Assembly: GCA_964436925.1 (NCBI GenBank)
Contig: CAYTFG010000002.1
Location: forward strand, 1-60,910
Direction: 5' to 3'
DNA length: 60,910 bases
Source: an uncultured Bacteroides sp.
GTDB lineage: Bacteria > Bacteroidota > Bacteroidia > Bacteroidales > Muribaculaceae
In this document: positions 51,028 through 60,211 of the stretch, in pieces
Position numbering within the stretch: the stretch's first letter is position 1
Layout of the letters: every line of letters begins with the position of its first letter
The notes under the pieces: generated by a model
Told to the model about the DNA's origin: nothing
What the model saw: the letters and a program-made list of their open reading frames with translations, nothing else
Database searches by the model: none
Translations under genes and position numbers: made by a program

Positions 51028-51164
51028 GTGTAAATCTGTCTTGTGTAGTTAACTATTTAGATAGGCAATGCCCAGCGGCTCAATTAAGAGCCGTGGGTCA
51101 TTACTTTCTCACCATTTAATGGGTGCCTTTAGGGCTTTTTATGACGTATAACAATTTTTTATTG

Positions 51165-53354
51165 TTAGCGAATGAAAAGCAATTCGCGATACTTGGGCAA
51201 TGGCCACATCTCGTTGTCAACCATTAGCTCAAGTTTGTCAATGTGATAGCGGATTGTTTCCATGCAAGGAACAACGGTATCGTGATATGCAATTGCTTTT
51301 TCACGTTCATCGGTGATGCGGTTAGCAACCTTGCGAGCTTCAACCATTTGTTCCACTTGTGACTTGATGTTTGTCATGTGGTAAGAAATCTTTTCGATGG
51401 TTGGAAGGTCTTGTGATGCGATTTCGTCACCCTTTTCACCTGCAAAGAGGCTCTTCATCTTAACCACGTTGTCAACGAGGAATGATTGATAGCGGGTAGC
51501 CACGGGGATGATGTGGTTGATGGCGAGGTCGCCGAGTACACGTGCTTCGATTTGAATCTTCTTGGTGTACATTTCCCATTTCACCTCGTTGCGCGCTTCA
51601 AGCTCGATGCGTGAGAACACCTTGGTGCGGGCAAACATTTCTTCTGATGATTTGCTCAAATATGCATCAAAGATGAGCGGTGCTGAGGTCTCGCAGTCGA
51701 GGCCGCGGCGTGCTGCTTCTTCTTTCCATTCGTCGCTATATCCGTTGCCGTCAAAGTGGATAGCCTTAGACTTAGTGATAAGTGTCTTAATTTCTGCAAG
51801 AAGTGCGTGAGTCAATTCTTGACCTTCGGCAAGACGTGCTTCAACTTTAGCGTGGAAGTCATTCAATTGGTCAGCTACTGCTGCGTTGAGTGCTATCATT
51901 GCTGATGCACAGTTTGCGCTTGAACCCACTGCACGGAATTCAAAACGGTTTCCGGTGAATGCAAATGGGCTGGTGCGGTTACGGTCGGTATTGTCGATGA
52001 GGATTTCCGGAATTTGGTTAACACCCACTGTGATACCTTCTTTTCCACCGATGTTGAACAACTCGTCTTTATCGCTGTGTTCGAGCTTGTCAAGAATTTG
52101 AGCAAGTTGTGAACCGGTAAAGATTGAGATGATTGCAGGTGGTGCTTCGTTGGCGCCTAGACGGTGTGCATTGGTTGCTGACATGATTGATGCCTTGAGC
52201 AATGCATTGTGGGTGTGTACTGCTGCCATTACGTTGACAACAAATGTCACAAATTGCAAGTTTGCCATTGGAGTCTTGCCCGGCGCAAACAACAATGTGC
52301 CTGTATCGGTTCCCAAGCTCCAGTTATTGTGCTTACCTGAACCGTTGATACCTGCAAATGGCTTCTCATGGAGCAACACGCGGAAGTTGTGGCGACGTGC
52401 TACTTCTGCCATTACTGACATCAACAACAAGTTGTGGTCGTTGGCAAGGTTGGTTTCTTCAAAGATTGGAGCTAACTCAAATTGGTTAGGTGCAACCTCG
52501 TTGTGTCTTGTCTTTGCAGGAATACCCAAGCGGTGACATTCAATTTCAAGGTCAAGCATGAATGCTTCAACACGTGAAGGAATTGCACCGAAGTAGTGGT
52601 CTTCGAGCTGTTGGTTCTTGGCACTCTCGTGGCCCATCAATGTGCGGCCGGTCATTACCAAGTCGGGGCGTGCTGAGTAAAGTGCTTCATCAACGAGGAA
52701 GTATTCTTGTTCCCAGCCAAGGTATGATAATACGTGCTTAACTTCGGGGTCAAAGTATTTTGCAACTGAAGTTGCTGCTTTGTCAACACTGTTAAGCGCT
52801 CTCAATAGCGGAGTCTTGTAGTCAAGTGATTCACCTGTGTATGAGATGAAAATTGTGGGAATACACAATGTCTCGTCAAGAATGAATGCCGGTGAAGAGA
52901 TATCCCATGCTGAATAACCGCGTGCTTCAAATGTGTTGCGGATACCACCGTTAGGGAAGCTTGATGCGTCAGGCTCTTGTTGTACAAGTAGCTTTCCTGA
53001 GAAGTCTTCAACTACGCCACCTTTTCCGTCGTGGTCGATAAATGCATCATGCTTTTCAGCTGTTCCATCAGTCAATGGGTGAAACCAGTGTGTGTAGTGT
53101 CGAGCGCCGTTATCTATGGCCCATTGCTTCATCCCTGCTGCAACGCTATCAGCGATTTCGCGTGATAGGGGCTCTTTATTGTCAATTGCGCTTACAAGTG
53201 CTTCATAGGTCTTTGCCGGTAGATATTGGAACATCTTTTGGCGGTTAAAAACCTTTTCGGCATAGTACTCTGTAGGACGTTTTGACGGTATTTCTACTGC
53301 TACCGCTTTGCGATCAAACGCCTCTTCAACAACTTTAAATCTTAACTTTGACAT
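51165..53354 (-). CDS. glnN: Glutamine synthetase type III
   Basis: THWFHPLT, EPDASSFPNGGIRNTFEARGY, HNEVAPNQFE, NGSGKHNNW, DRNRTSPFAFTGNRFEFR, WPLPKYRELLF. Confidence 0.96.
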   Translation of the reverse strand: MSKLRFKVVEEAFDRKAVAVEIPSKRPTEYYAEKVFNRQKMFQYLPAKTYEALVSAIDNKEPLSREIADSVAAGMKQWAIDNGARHYTHWFHPLTDGTAEKHDAFIDHDGKGGVVEDFSGKLLVQQEPDASSFPNGGIRNTFEARGYSAWDISSPAFILDETLCIPTIFISYTGESLDYKTPLLRALNSVDKAATSVAKYFDPEVKHVLSYLGWEQEYFLVDEALYSARPDLVMTGRTLMGHESAKNQQLEDHYFGAIPSRVEAFMLDLEIECHRLGIPAKTRHNEVAPNQFELAPIFEETNLANDHNLLLMSVMAEVARRHNFRVLLHEKPFAGINGSGKHNNWSLGTDTGTLLFAPGKTPMANLQFVTFVVNVMAAVHTHNALLKASIMSATNAHRLGANEAPPAIISIFTGSQLAQILDKLEHSDKDELFNIGGKEGITVGVNQIPEILIDNTDRNRTSPFAFTGNRFEFRAVGSSANCASAMIALNAAVADQLNDFHAKVEARLAEGQELTHALLAEIKTLITKSKAIHFDGNGYSDEWKEEAARRGLDCETSAPLIFDAYLSKSSEEMFARTKVFSRIELEARNEVKWEMYTKKIQIEARVLGDLAINHIIPVATRYQSFLVDNVVKMKSLFAGEKGDEIASQDLPTIEKISYHMTNIKSQVEQMVEARKVANRITDEREKAIAYHDTVVPCMETIRYHIDKLELMVDNEMWPLPKYRELLFIR

Positions 53355-53540
53355 GATTCCTTTTTGTGTTTAATATTTGTTGTTAGCGAATTTATTATCT
53401 GATTCGTGTGGTATGCCTATAAACAAGCAATCGCCCCCTCTTGCAATATCCCGTAACTTGTGTACGTGAACTTCCTATTTAGCAGGATTGGCAAGTGAGT
53501 GCGGTTGGTTTTCATTGTTATGGCGTTTTTAGTGAGTTCC

Positions 53541-54389
53541 TTAAATCTTCTTGGGTAGTGGATAATCGCCATGGAACACTGTGTGGACTGTGCCGGTCAG
53601 CATAACGTGATTGTTGGTTTCCCACGTTATCGTGCAGTCGCCGCCGGGTAACGTGATTGTGACTTCTCTTTCCAGAAGCCCGTTCAGCACTCCCGCTATC
53701 GTCGAGGCGCACGCCCCGGTCCCACATGCCATGGTTTCGCCCGAGCCTCTTTCCCAGACTCTCACTCGCGCATGACTGCGGTCCTTGATTTCCACAAACT
53801 CAATATTGGCACTGTCCAGCCAGATGGGGTTGCTTTGCAACGCTATTGATTCATCCTTGAGGTTTATCTCTGCGACATTGTCAACAAAGATTACTCCATG
53901 AGGATTTCCCATCGAGATAGCAGTGAGATTGAATTTTCCTGTCGATTTGTTAATATAGGGGGTCTCTACTTCGGCTTGCAACATATCATCGTTGGCTGTT
54001 GAGGGCTCGCCCATATCAACGGTCACAACGTTTACTTCTCCATCCTCTACCTTGAGGTGGAGCACTTTGATGCCGCCAAGCGTTTCGAGGGTTACCGATT
54101 CTTTTTCCGAAAGCTTGCAGTCGTGGATGAATTTGCCCACACAGCGGCTTCCGTTGCCACACATTCTCGCGATTGAACCGTCGGCATTATAAATATGCAT
54201 TCTGAAGTCGGCTACTGTTGATGACATCACAAATATCAAGCCATCTGCGCCTATGCCGAAATGTCGGTCGCACATCTTGCGCGCCAACTCGGCCAAGTCA
54301 ACTGCCGGTAGCGGGCCTTTTGTGCCGTCAACGACTATGAAATCGTTGCCCAAACCATGCATTTTTATAAACTGTATCGTTTTGTCCAT
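53541..54389 (-). CDS. dapF: Diaminopimelate epimerase
   Basis: KMHGLGNDF, RHFGIGADG, MCGNG, SMGNPH, ERGSGETMACGTG. Confidence 0.95.
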   Translation of the reverse strand: MDKTIQFIKMHGLGNDFIVVDGTKGPLPAVDLAELARKMCDRHFGIGADGLIFVMSSTVADFRMHIYNADGSIARMCGNGSRCVGKFIHDCKLSEKESVTLETLGGIKVLHLKVEDGEVNVVTVDMGEPSTANDDMLQAEVETPYINKSTGKFNLTAISMGNPHGVIFVDNVAEINLKDESIALQSNPIWLDSANIEFVEIKDRSHARVRVWERGSGETMACGTGACASTIAGVLNGLLEREVTITLPGGDCTITWETNNHVMLTGTVHTVFHGDYPLPKKI

Positions 54390-54723
54390 TTCGTGATTGA
54401 ATGATGTTGCTAAAAGAATACGCTACAAAGTTACACCATTTTGATAGAAAAACAAATTATTTTACAACTTTTTTTCAATATTTTTTGTCGATACCTTTCA
54501 AAATGACTTGCATTTTGCTTGTTATTGCTGTTTTATGTATCCTAAAATTGTTAATTATTATACATCTTGCCACTAATTCGTTTATTCTACCCCTAAAACG
54601 AAATAATATTGCTTTCATTTTGGTATCTGAACTCTACCCAATTTTTATTTTACTTTTAAATGTAAATGTTGAATAAAAAATGTAATATTATCTACCTCAA
54701 TAGCTTATTTTTAAAAAATTCAC

Positions 54724-54767
54724 ATTTTCGTATAACTAAATTTCATTATATTTGCAATTACGAAAAT
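54724..54767 (+). promoter_or_regulatory. galK promoter (-7 TATATTTG) flanked by a 9-bp inverted repeat
   Basis: TATATTTG at 54747-54754; attttcgta (54724) and tacgaaaat (54759). Confidence 0.55.
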
Positions 54768-54808
54768 TAATCAAAAACAAAAATAATAATCCAATAACAA
54801 CCTCATCA

Positions 54809-55939
54809 ATGGAAAACAAAATCAAAAAAGAGTTTAGTGAACGTTTTGGCGCTGACGGCGTGCTCTATGCTTCAGCCGGTCGTATCAACTTAATCGGTGA
54901 ACACACTGACTATAACGGCGGTTTCGTGTTCCCCGGCGCTATTGACAAGTGCATCATGGCTGAAATCAAGCCCAACGGCTTAGATAAAGTACGCGTATAT
55001 TCTATTGATATAGATGATTATGCTGAATTTGGCCTCAATGAAGAAGATGCTCCCGAGCAACAATGGGCTCGCTACATCTTTGGCGTTTGTCGCGAAACTA
55101 TCAAGCGCGGTGGTGACGTTAAGCCTTTTGACGCTGTATTCGCAGGTAACGTACCCCTAGGCGCAGGCTTGTCTTCATCAGCTGCCCTCGAAAGCTGCTT
55201 CGCTTTTGCTCTCAATGACTTGTATAACGATAACAAGATTGATAAATTTGAATTGGCTCGCATCGGTCAATCTACCGAACACAACTATTGCGGTGTAAAC
55301 TGCGGTATCATGGACCAATTCGCTTCTGTTTTCGGTAAAAAAGACCACTTGATGCGTCTCGACTGCCGTTCAATGGAATTTGAATACTTCCCATTCAAGC
55401 TCGTGGGCTATCGCTTGGTTCTCGTTGACTCTCGCGTTAAACACGAACTCGTGGATTCTCCTTACAACAAACGTCGCGAATCTTGCGAACGTGTTGCTGC
55501 TAAGCTCGGTATCGAAACTTTGCGTGACGCTTCTTTTGAAGACCTCGAAGCTATTAAGGGCCAAATCTCTGAAGAAGATTACAAGCGCGCTTACTATGTT
55601 ATCGGTGAAAAGCAACGCGTACTTGACGTGTGCGACGCTCTTCAACGCGGTGACTATGAAACTGTTGGCGAACGTATGTACCAAACTCACGAAGGTATGT
55701 CTAAACTTTATGAAGTTTCTTGTGAAGAACTTGACTACCTCAACGACATCGCTCGCGAATGTGGCGTAACCGGTTCTCGTATCATGGGTGGCGGTTTCGG
55801 TGGTTGCACCATCAACCTCGTTAAGGATGATTTGTATGAAAACTTCATCGCTACTGCTATCAAGAAGTTCAATGCCAAGTATGGTCACGAGCCCAAAATC
55901 TATGACGTTATCGTCAGCGACGGTGCTCACAAGTGCTAA
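54809..55939 (+). CDS. galK: Galactokinase
   Basis: GRINLIGEHTDYNGG, PLGAGLSSSAALE, CGIMDQF, GSRIMGGGFGG; start moved to ATG 54809 because the TTG at 54752 is inside the promoter. Confidence 0.96.
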   Translation: MENKIKKEFSERFGADGVLYASAGRINLIGEHTDYNGGFVFPGAIDKCIMAEIKPNGLDKVRVYSIDIDDYAEFGLNEEDAPEQQWARYIFGVCRETIKRGGDVKPFDAVFAGNVPLGAGLSSSAALESCFAFALNDLYNDNKIDKFELARIGQSTEHNYCGVNCGIMDQFASVFGKKDHLMRLDCRSMEFEYFPFKLVGYRLVLVDSRVKHELVDSPYNKRRESCERVAAKLGIETLRDASFEDLEAIKGQISEEDYKRAYYVIGEKQRVLDVCDALQRGDYETVGERMYQTHEGMSKLYEVSCEELDYLNDIARECGVTGSRIMGGGFGGCTINLVKDDLYENFIATAIKKFNAKYGHEPKIYDVIVSDGAHKC

Positions 55940-55970
55940 TTCCTAGTTTCATAAAATCATCACAGAAATT

Positions 55971-57014
55971 ATGAATATCTCAACTAAAAGAGTTGCTTCC
56001 CCCAAGGGTGAGGTAACTCTTTATACCATAACAAACGCTTCAGGCGCTTCTGTTACCTTGTCAACCGTTGGTGCAGGTATTGTTTCAATTGTAGTTCCCG
56101 ATGCTAAGGGTAATTTGGCCGATGTTGTCCTCGGTTATGACAACGCCGCCGATTATTTCTATGACGGCCCTTGCGCCGGCAAAGTCCCCGGTCGTTATGC
56201 CAACCGCATCGCTCGCGGTCACTTCTCTCTCGATGGCGTTGATTACACTCTAGCCATCAACAACGGCCCCAACGCTCTCCACGGCGGTCCCGAAGGCTAC
56301 CAAAATCAAATTTGGGAAGCTGAAGCTCACGACAATCAAGTTGTGTTCTCTCACGTTAGCCCCGACGGTGATGAAGGCTACCCCGGCAACCTCAAGGTGC
56401 AAGCCATCTACACTTGGAGCGAAAGCAATGAGCTGTCTCTCCAACTCAAGGCTGTCACTGACCGCAAAACAATCATCAACCTCACTAACCACGCTTATTT
56501 CAACCTCTCGGGCCACAACTCAGGTTCGGCATTGGACCACACTCTCCGGCTCGCTTGCTCTAAATATTTGCCCACCGACGATACCCTCATCCCTGAAGGC
56601 GTAATCGCTCCCGTGGCAGGCACTCCAATGGATTTCACCACTCCTCACGCCATAGGTCGTGACATCAAGGCTGATTTCCCCGCTCTCGTTTATGGCAAGG
56701 GTTACGATAACTGCTGGGTGGTTGACGACTACACTCCCGGTAAGGTTCAACTCGTGGCTCGTCTTGAAGATGACAAGTCAGGTCGCATTCTCGAAGTGTT
56801 GACCAACCAACCTGCCGCTCAAGTTTACACCGCCAACTGGATGGAAGGCTGCCCCGTGGCTAAGCAAGGTCATGTCTATCACGACTATGACGGCGTCGCT
56901 ATCGAGTGTCAAGATATGCCCGATGCCCCCAACCACGACAATTTCCCTTCAACCGTGCTTAATCCCGGTGAAACTTTCAACCGTACAATAATATTTTCAT
57001 TTAAAAATAAGTAA
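55971..57014 (+). CDS. galM: Aldose 1-epimerase (galactose mutarotase)
   Basis: GRYANRI, NALHGG, GYPGNL, NLTNHAYFNL, GYDNCW, QVYTAN. Confidence 0.93.
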   Translation: MNISTKRVASPKGEVTLYTITNASGASVTLSTVGAGIVSIVVPDAKGNLADVVLGYDNAADYFYDGPCAGKVPGRYANRIARGHFSLDGVDYTLAINNGPNALHGGPEGYQNQIWEAEAHDNQVVFSHVSPDGDEGYPGNLKVQAIYTWSESNELSLQLKAVTDRKTIINLTNHAYFNLSGHNSGSALDHTLRLACSKYLPTDDTLIPEGVIAPVAGTPMDFTTPHAIGRDIKADFPALVYGKGYDNCWVVDDYTPGKVQLVARLEDDKSGRILEVLTNQPAAQVYTANWMEGCPVAKQGHVYHDYDGVAIECQDMPDAPNHDNFPSTVLNPGETFNRTIIFSFKNK

Positions 57015-57022
57015 TCAAAATT

Positions 57023-57925
57023 ATGAAACCAACTCTATTTGTTCTTGCTGCCGGTATGGGTAGCCGTTACGGTGGTCTCAAGCAACTTGACCCGCTGGGC
57101 CCCCACGGAGAAACCATTATGGACTATTCAATCTATGATGCTATCCAATCAGGTTTCGGTAAAGTAGTATTTGTCATCCGCAAAGATTTTGAAAGCGATT
57201 TCCGCGCAAAAATCCTCTCAAAATATGAAGGCCACATTCCTGTAGAAGTTGTTTTCCAATCAACCGATAAACTTCCTGAAGGTTACACTTGTCCTGCTGA
57301 CCGCACCAAACCTTGGGGTACTAACCACGCTGTTATGATGGGTAGCAAGGTTATCAACGAGCCGTTTGCTGTTATCAACGCTGATGACTTCTATGGCCGT
57401 GATGCTTTCCAAGTTATCGCTAAGGAACTTCAACGTCCTCGCGACCGCAAGGGCGACTACTGCATGGTAGGTTTCCGTGTGGGCAACACTATGACCGAAA
57501 ACGGTTCAGTGGCTCGCGGTGTTTGCGAAAACAAGGATGGTCTCTTGACTTCAGTTGTTGAGCGCACTGCTATCAGCTATGACGAAAACGGCAAAATCGT
57601 GTTCACTGACGAAAACGGTGTTGTTCAAACTCTCGCTCCTTCAACTCCCGTTTCAATGAACCTCTGGGGCTTCACTCCCGACTATTTCGAATTCAGCGAA
57701 CGCGAATTCCGCAAATTCCTCGACCGTGACCTCAACACCCCGAAAGCTGAATTCTTCATTCCTCTCGTAATTGATACTCTCATCAATTCAGGCGAAGCTA
57801 CAGTTAAGGTCCTTGACACTGATTCTAAATGGTTTGGCGTTACTTACGCTGCTGACCGTCCCGGCGTTGTTGAGAAATTTGCTCAACTCCACGCTGAAGG
57901 CCTCTATCCTGAAAAAATGTTCTAA
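57023..57925 (+). CDS. Sugar-1-phosphate nucleotidyltransferase (NTP_transferase fold)
   Basis: LAAGMGSRYGGLKQ, KPWGTNHA, VINADDFYG, VSMNLWGF, WFGVTY. Confidence 0.88.
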   Translation: MKPTLFVLAAGMGSRYGGLKQLDPLGPHGETIMDYSIYDAIQSGFGKVVFVIRKDFESDFRAKILSKYEGHIPVEVVFQSTDKLPEGYTCPADRTKPWGTNHAVMMGSKVINEPFAVINADDFYGRDAFQVIAKELQRPRDRKGDYCMVGFRVGNTMTENGSVARGVCENKDGLLTSVVERTAISYDENGKIVFTDENGVVQTLAPSTPVSMNLWGFTPDYFEFSEREFRKFLDRDLNTPKAEFFIPLVIDTLINSGEATVKVLDTDSKWFGVTYAADRPGVVEKFAQLHAEGLYPEKMF

Positions 57926-57954
57926 TCCCGAGGCTTAGAATTAAAATATTCTTG

Positions 57955-57999
57955 AATCCCCGTGTCGGTGAGTTTTCCTCTCATCGTGCGGGGATTTTT
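57955..57999. terminator. Terminator between convergent genes
   Basis: aatccccg...cggggatt stem with T-tract. Confidence 0.7.
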
Positions 58000-58003
58000 G
58001 GTA

Positions 58004-58582
58004 CTATAGCCTGTGAGCGATTTTAATGGCATTTTTAGCCACTTTAGGTGTCGGCTGTGCAATTCCCTTACTGGAGGTCAAACGGAGCTTGCAAGGGGCT
58101 TTAAAACCGCTGTAGTGCGTTATTTCATTCATGGTACTGAAAATTCTGCGTGTCTCACCTGCAAACAGGTCAAAAAACGCACTTGTTGAGCATGCGGTGA
58201 CCAGCGCACAAGTTTTCCCTTTGTGAAGAGGGCGGGGGATACCGCTTTTTGACTCCCCGATAAATGCCGGCACCATGCGGTCAAGCAATAATTTCAGTTG
58301 GCCGCTCATGTTTCCCCAATAAACAGGGCTGCCCATGACAAGCCCGTCGCAGTGCTCAATTAACCGTGCCACGCGGTGGGCATCATCTTGTGGCATTACG
58401 CATTGGCGCGTCTCGCGGCACTTCATGCATCCGCGACACGGCGCAAACGTCAAATCTCCGGCGTCAACCCAGTCAACATTATTGCCCAAATTTCTCAATT
58501 CGTCAGCGATAATGCGCAGCATTTGTGCCACATTGCCGTTTTTGCGCGGGCTGCCGTTAAGTATCACATAATTTTTGCTCAT
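58004..58582 (-). CDS. Flavodoxin-fold / iron-sulfur flavoprotein (Isf-like)
   Basis: NGSPRKNGN, CRGCMKCRETRQC, GSPVYWG...LKLLLDR. Confidence 0.88.
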   Translation of the reverse strand: MSKNYVILNGSPRKNGNVAQMLRIIADELRNLGNNVDWVDAGDLTFAPCRGCMKCRETRQCVMPQDDAHRVARLIEHCDGLVMGSPVYWGNMSGQLKLLLDRMVPAFIGESKSGIPRPLHKGKTCALVTACSTSAFFDLFAGETRRIFSTMNEITHYSGFKAPCKLRLTSSKGIAQPTPKVAKNAIKIAHRL

Positions 58583-58705
58583 AATTACCACATTTTTTTA
58601 CTGTGCCACAAAATTACACATTTTATTCCTATTTCTTTGATTGTCTGAATAAAAAATACGAACTTTGCACCTTGAATACTAAACCATTAAATCATTAAAA
58701 TTACA

Positions 58706-59869
58706 ATGACTACCAATATCACTAAGGATGTTCTGTACATAGGCGTGGATGACCTTAATCTTGACCTCTTTGAGAGCCAATATGTTGTCCCTGAAGGTGT
58801 TTCCTATAATTCTTATGTAATTGTTGATGAAAAAATTACAGTGATGGACACTGTTGATGCCCGCAAAACCGCCGAGTGGCTCGATAACCTCGCCGAGGCG
58901 CTCAACGGCAAGCTCCCTCACTATCTCGTTGTTCAACACATGGAGCCCGACCACGCTGCAAGCATCGGCGCTTTCATGGCTAAATATCCTGAAACTAAGA
59001 TTGTTGCCACTCAAGCTGCCATCAAGATGATGCCTCTTTACTTTGAAGACGTTGACTTCACCTCTTCATGCATCGCAGTCAAGGAAGGCGATACTCTCTC
59101 GCTAGGTAATCACACTTTGCGTTTTGTCATGGCACCGATGGTCCACTGGCCTGAAGTTATGGTGACTTTTGACGAAACAGAAAATATACTTTTCTCAGCC
59201 GATGCGTTCGGCAAATTCGGTGCGCTCTCGGTTGAAGCCGATTGGGCTTGCGAGGCTCGCCGCTATTATTTCAACATCGTCGGAAAATACGGCGCTCAAG
59301 TGCAAGCACTGTTGAAAAAAGCATCAGCACTCGACATCAAGACCATTTGTCCGCTCCACGGCCCTGTTCTCACCGAAAACCTCGGCTACTACCTCGGCCT
59401 ATACAACACCTGGAGCAGCTACGAGCCCGAAAATGAAGGCGTTTTGGTGGCTTATGCCTCTATCCACGGCAACACTGCCGAGGCTGCTCTCAAGCTTGCC
59501 GAAATCCTTCGCCAAAAAGGCTGTCCCAAGGTTGCGGTATCCGATTTGACACGCGACGACCAAGCCGAGGCTGTGGAAGACGCATTCCGCTATCCACGTT
59601 TGGTTGTGGCCGCCTCAACCTATGATGCATCGGTATTCCCACCGATGTACAGCTTCCTCCACCACCTGCAATCCAAGAACTACTGCAAGCGCCGTGTGGC
59701 AATCATCGAAAACGGTTCATGGGCGCCCGTGGCAGGTAAAGTCATGAAGGGCATGTTTGAACAAATGAAAAACATCGACATCGTCCCCGAGACAGTCACC
59801 CTCCGCGGCTCCCTCAAGAAAGCCGACATCCCCGCCCTCGACGCCCTCGCCACCGCCCTCCTCAAGTAA
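58706..59869 (+). CDS. fprA: FprA A-type flavoprotein (flavodiiron protein)
   Basis: GVSYNSY, HMEPDH, PMVHWPE, FSADAFG, CPLHG, flavodoxin domain YASIHGNT. Confidence 0.92.
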   Translation: MTTNITKDVLYIGVDDLNLDLFESQYVVPEGVSYNSYVIVDEKITVMDTVDARKTAEWLDNLAEALNGKLPHYLVVQHMEPDHAASIGAFMAKYPETKIVATQAAIKMMPLYFEDVDFTSSCIAVKEGDTLSLGNHTLRFVMAPMVHWPEVMVTFDETENILFSADAFGKFGALSVEADWACEARRYYFNIVGKYGAQVQALLKKASALDIKTICPLHGPVLTENLGYYLGLYNTWSSYEPENEGVLVAYASIHGNTAEAALKLAEILRQKGCPKVAVSDLTRDDQAEAVEDAFRYPRLVVAASTYDASVFPPMYSFLHHLQSKNYCKRRVAIIENGSWAPVAGKVMKGMFEQMKNIDIVPETVTLRGSLKKADIPALDALATALLK

Positions 59870-59916
59870 TACCCATCGTAGAGGGGAGAGGCGACGGCGT
59901 TAGCTGTCGCCTCGCC

Positions 59917-60161
59917 TATGTGGCAGCGCCACATAATAAGCATAGCCTAGGGTGAGGGCGGCAGCGCCCCCGACACCCTAGGTAAGCATCAAGAAGAACT
60001 GCAGAAGTGCCTTTAGGTACTTCAGGTAAAACTATTGTGTACCTAAAGGCACACTTCCTTTTTTTGTAAGTATACCCACAGTATCGGGGGCTCCGCCGCC
60101 CTCACTGTGGGCTAGATTTATAATGCCGCTACACGGCATATCTCATGTGGCTAACGCCACA
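59917..60161. repeat. REPIN-like nested palindromic element A
   Basis: Central perfect 14-bp IR gtgcctttaggtac/gtacctaaaggcac (60007-60052); mirrored ~40-bp arms at 59943-59982 and 60075-60114, each folding on itself; terminal mini-hairpins. Confidence 0.75.
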
Positions 60162-60211
60162 ATCTTGGTGGTACCCCATCATCATCCCGTCCGGGGACAG
60201 GCACCCCCGTG

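Noticed and set aside
54724-54767. Invertible (phase-variable) promoter at galK
   Set aside because: The 9-bp repeats enclose only 26 bp, too short for known Bacteroidales invertons, and no recombinase is nearby
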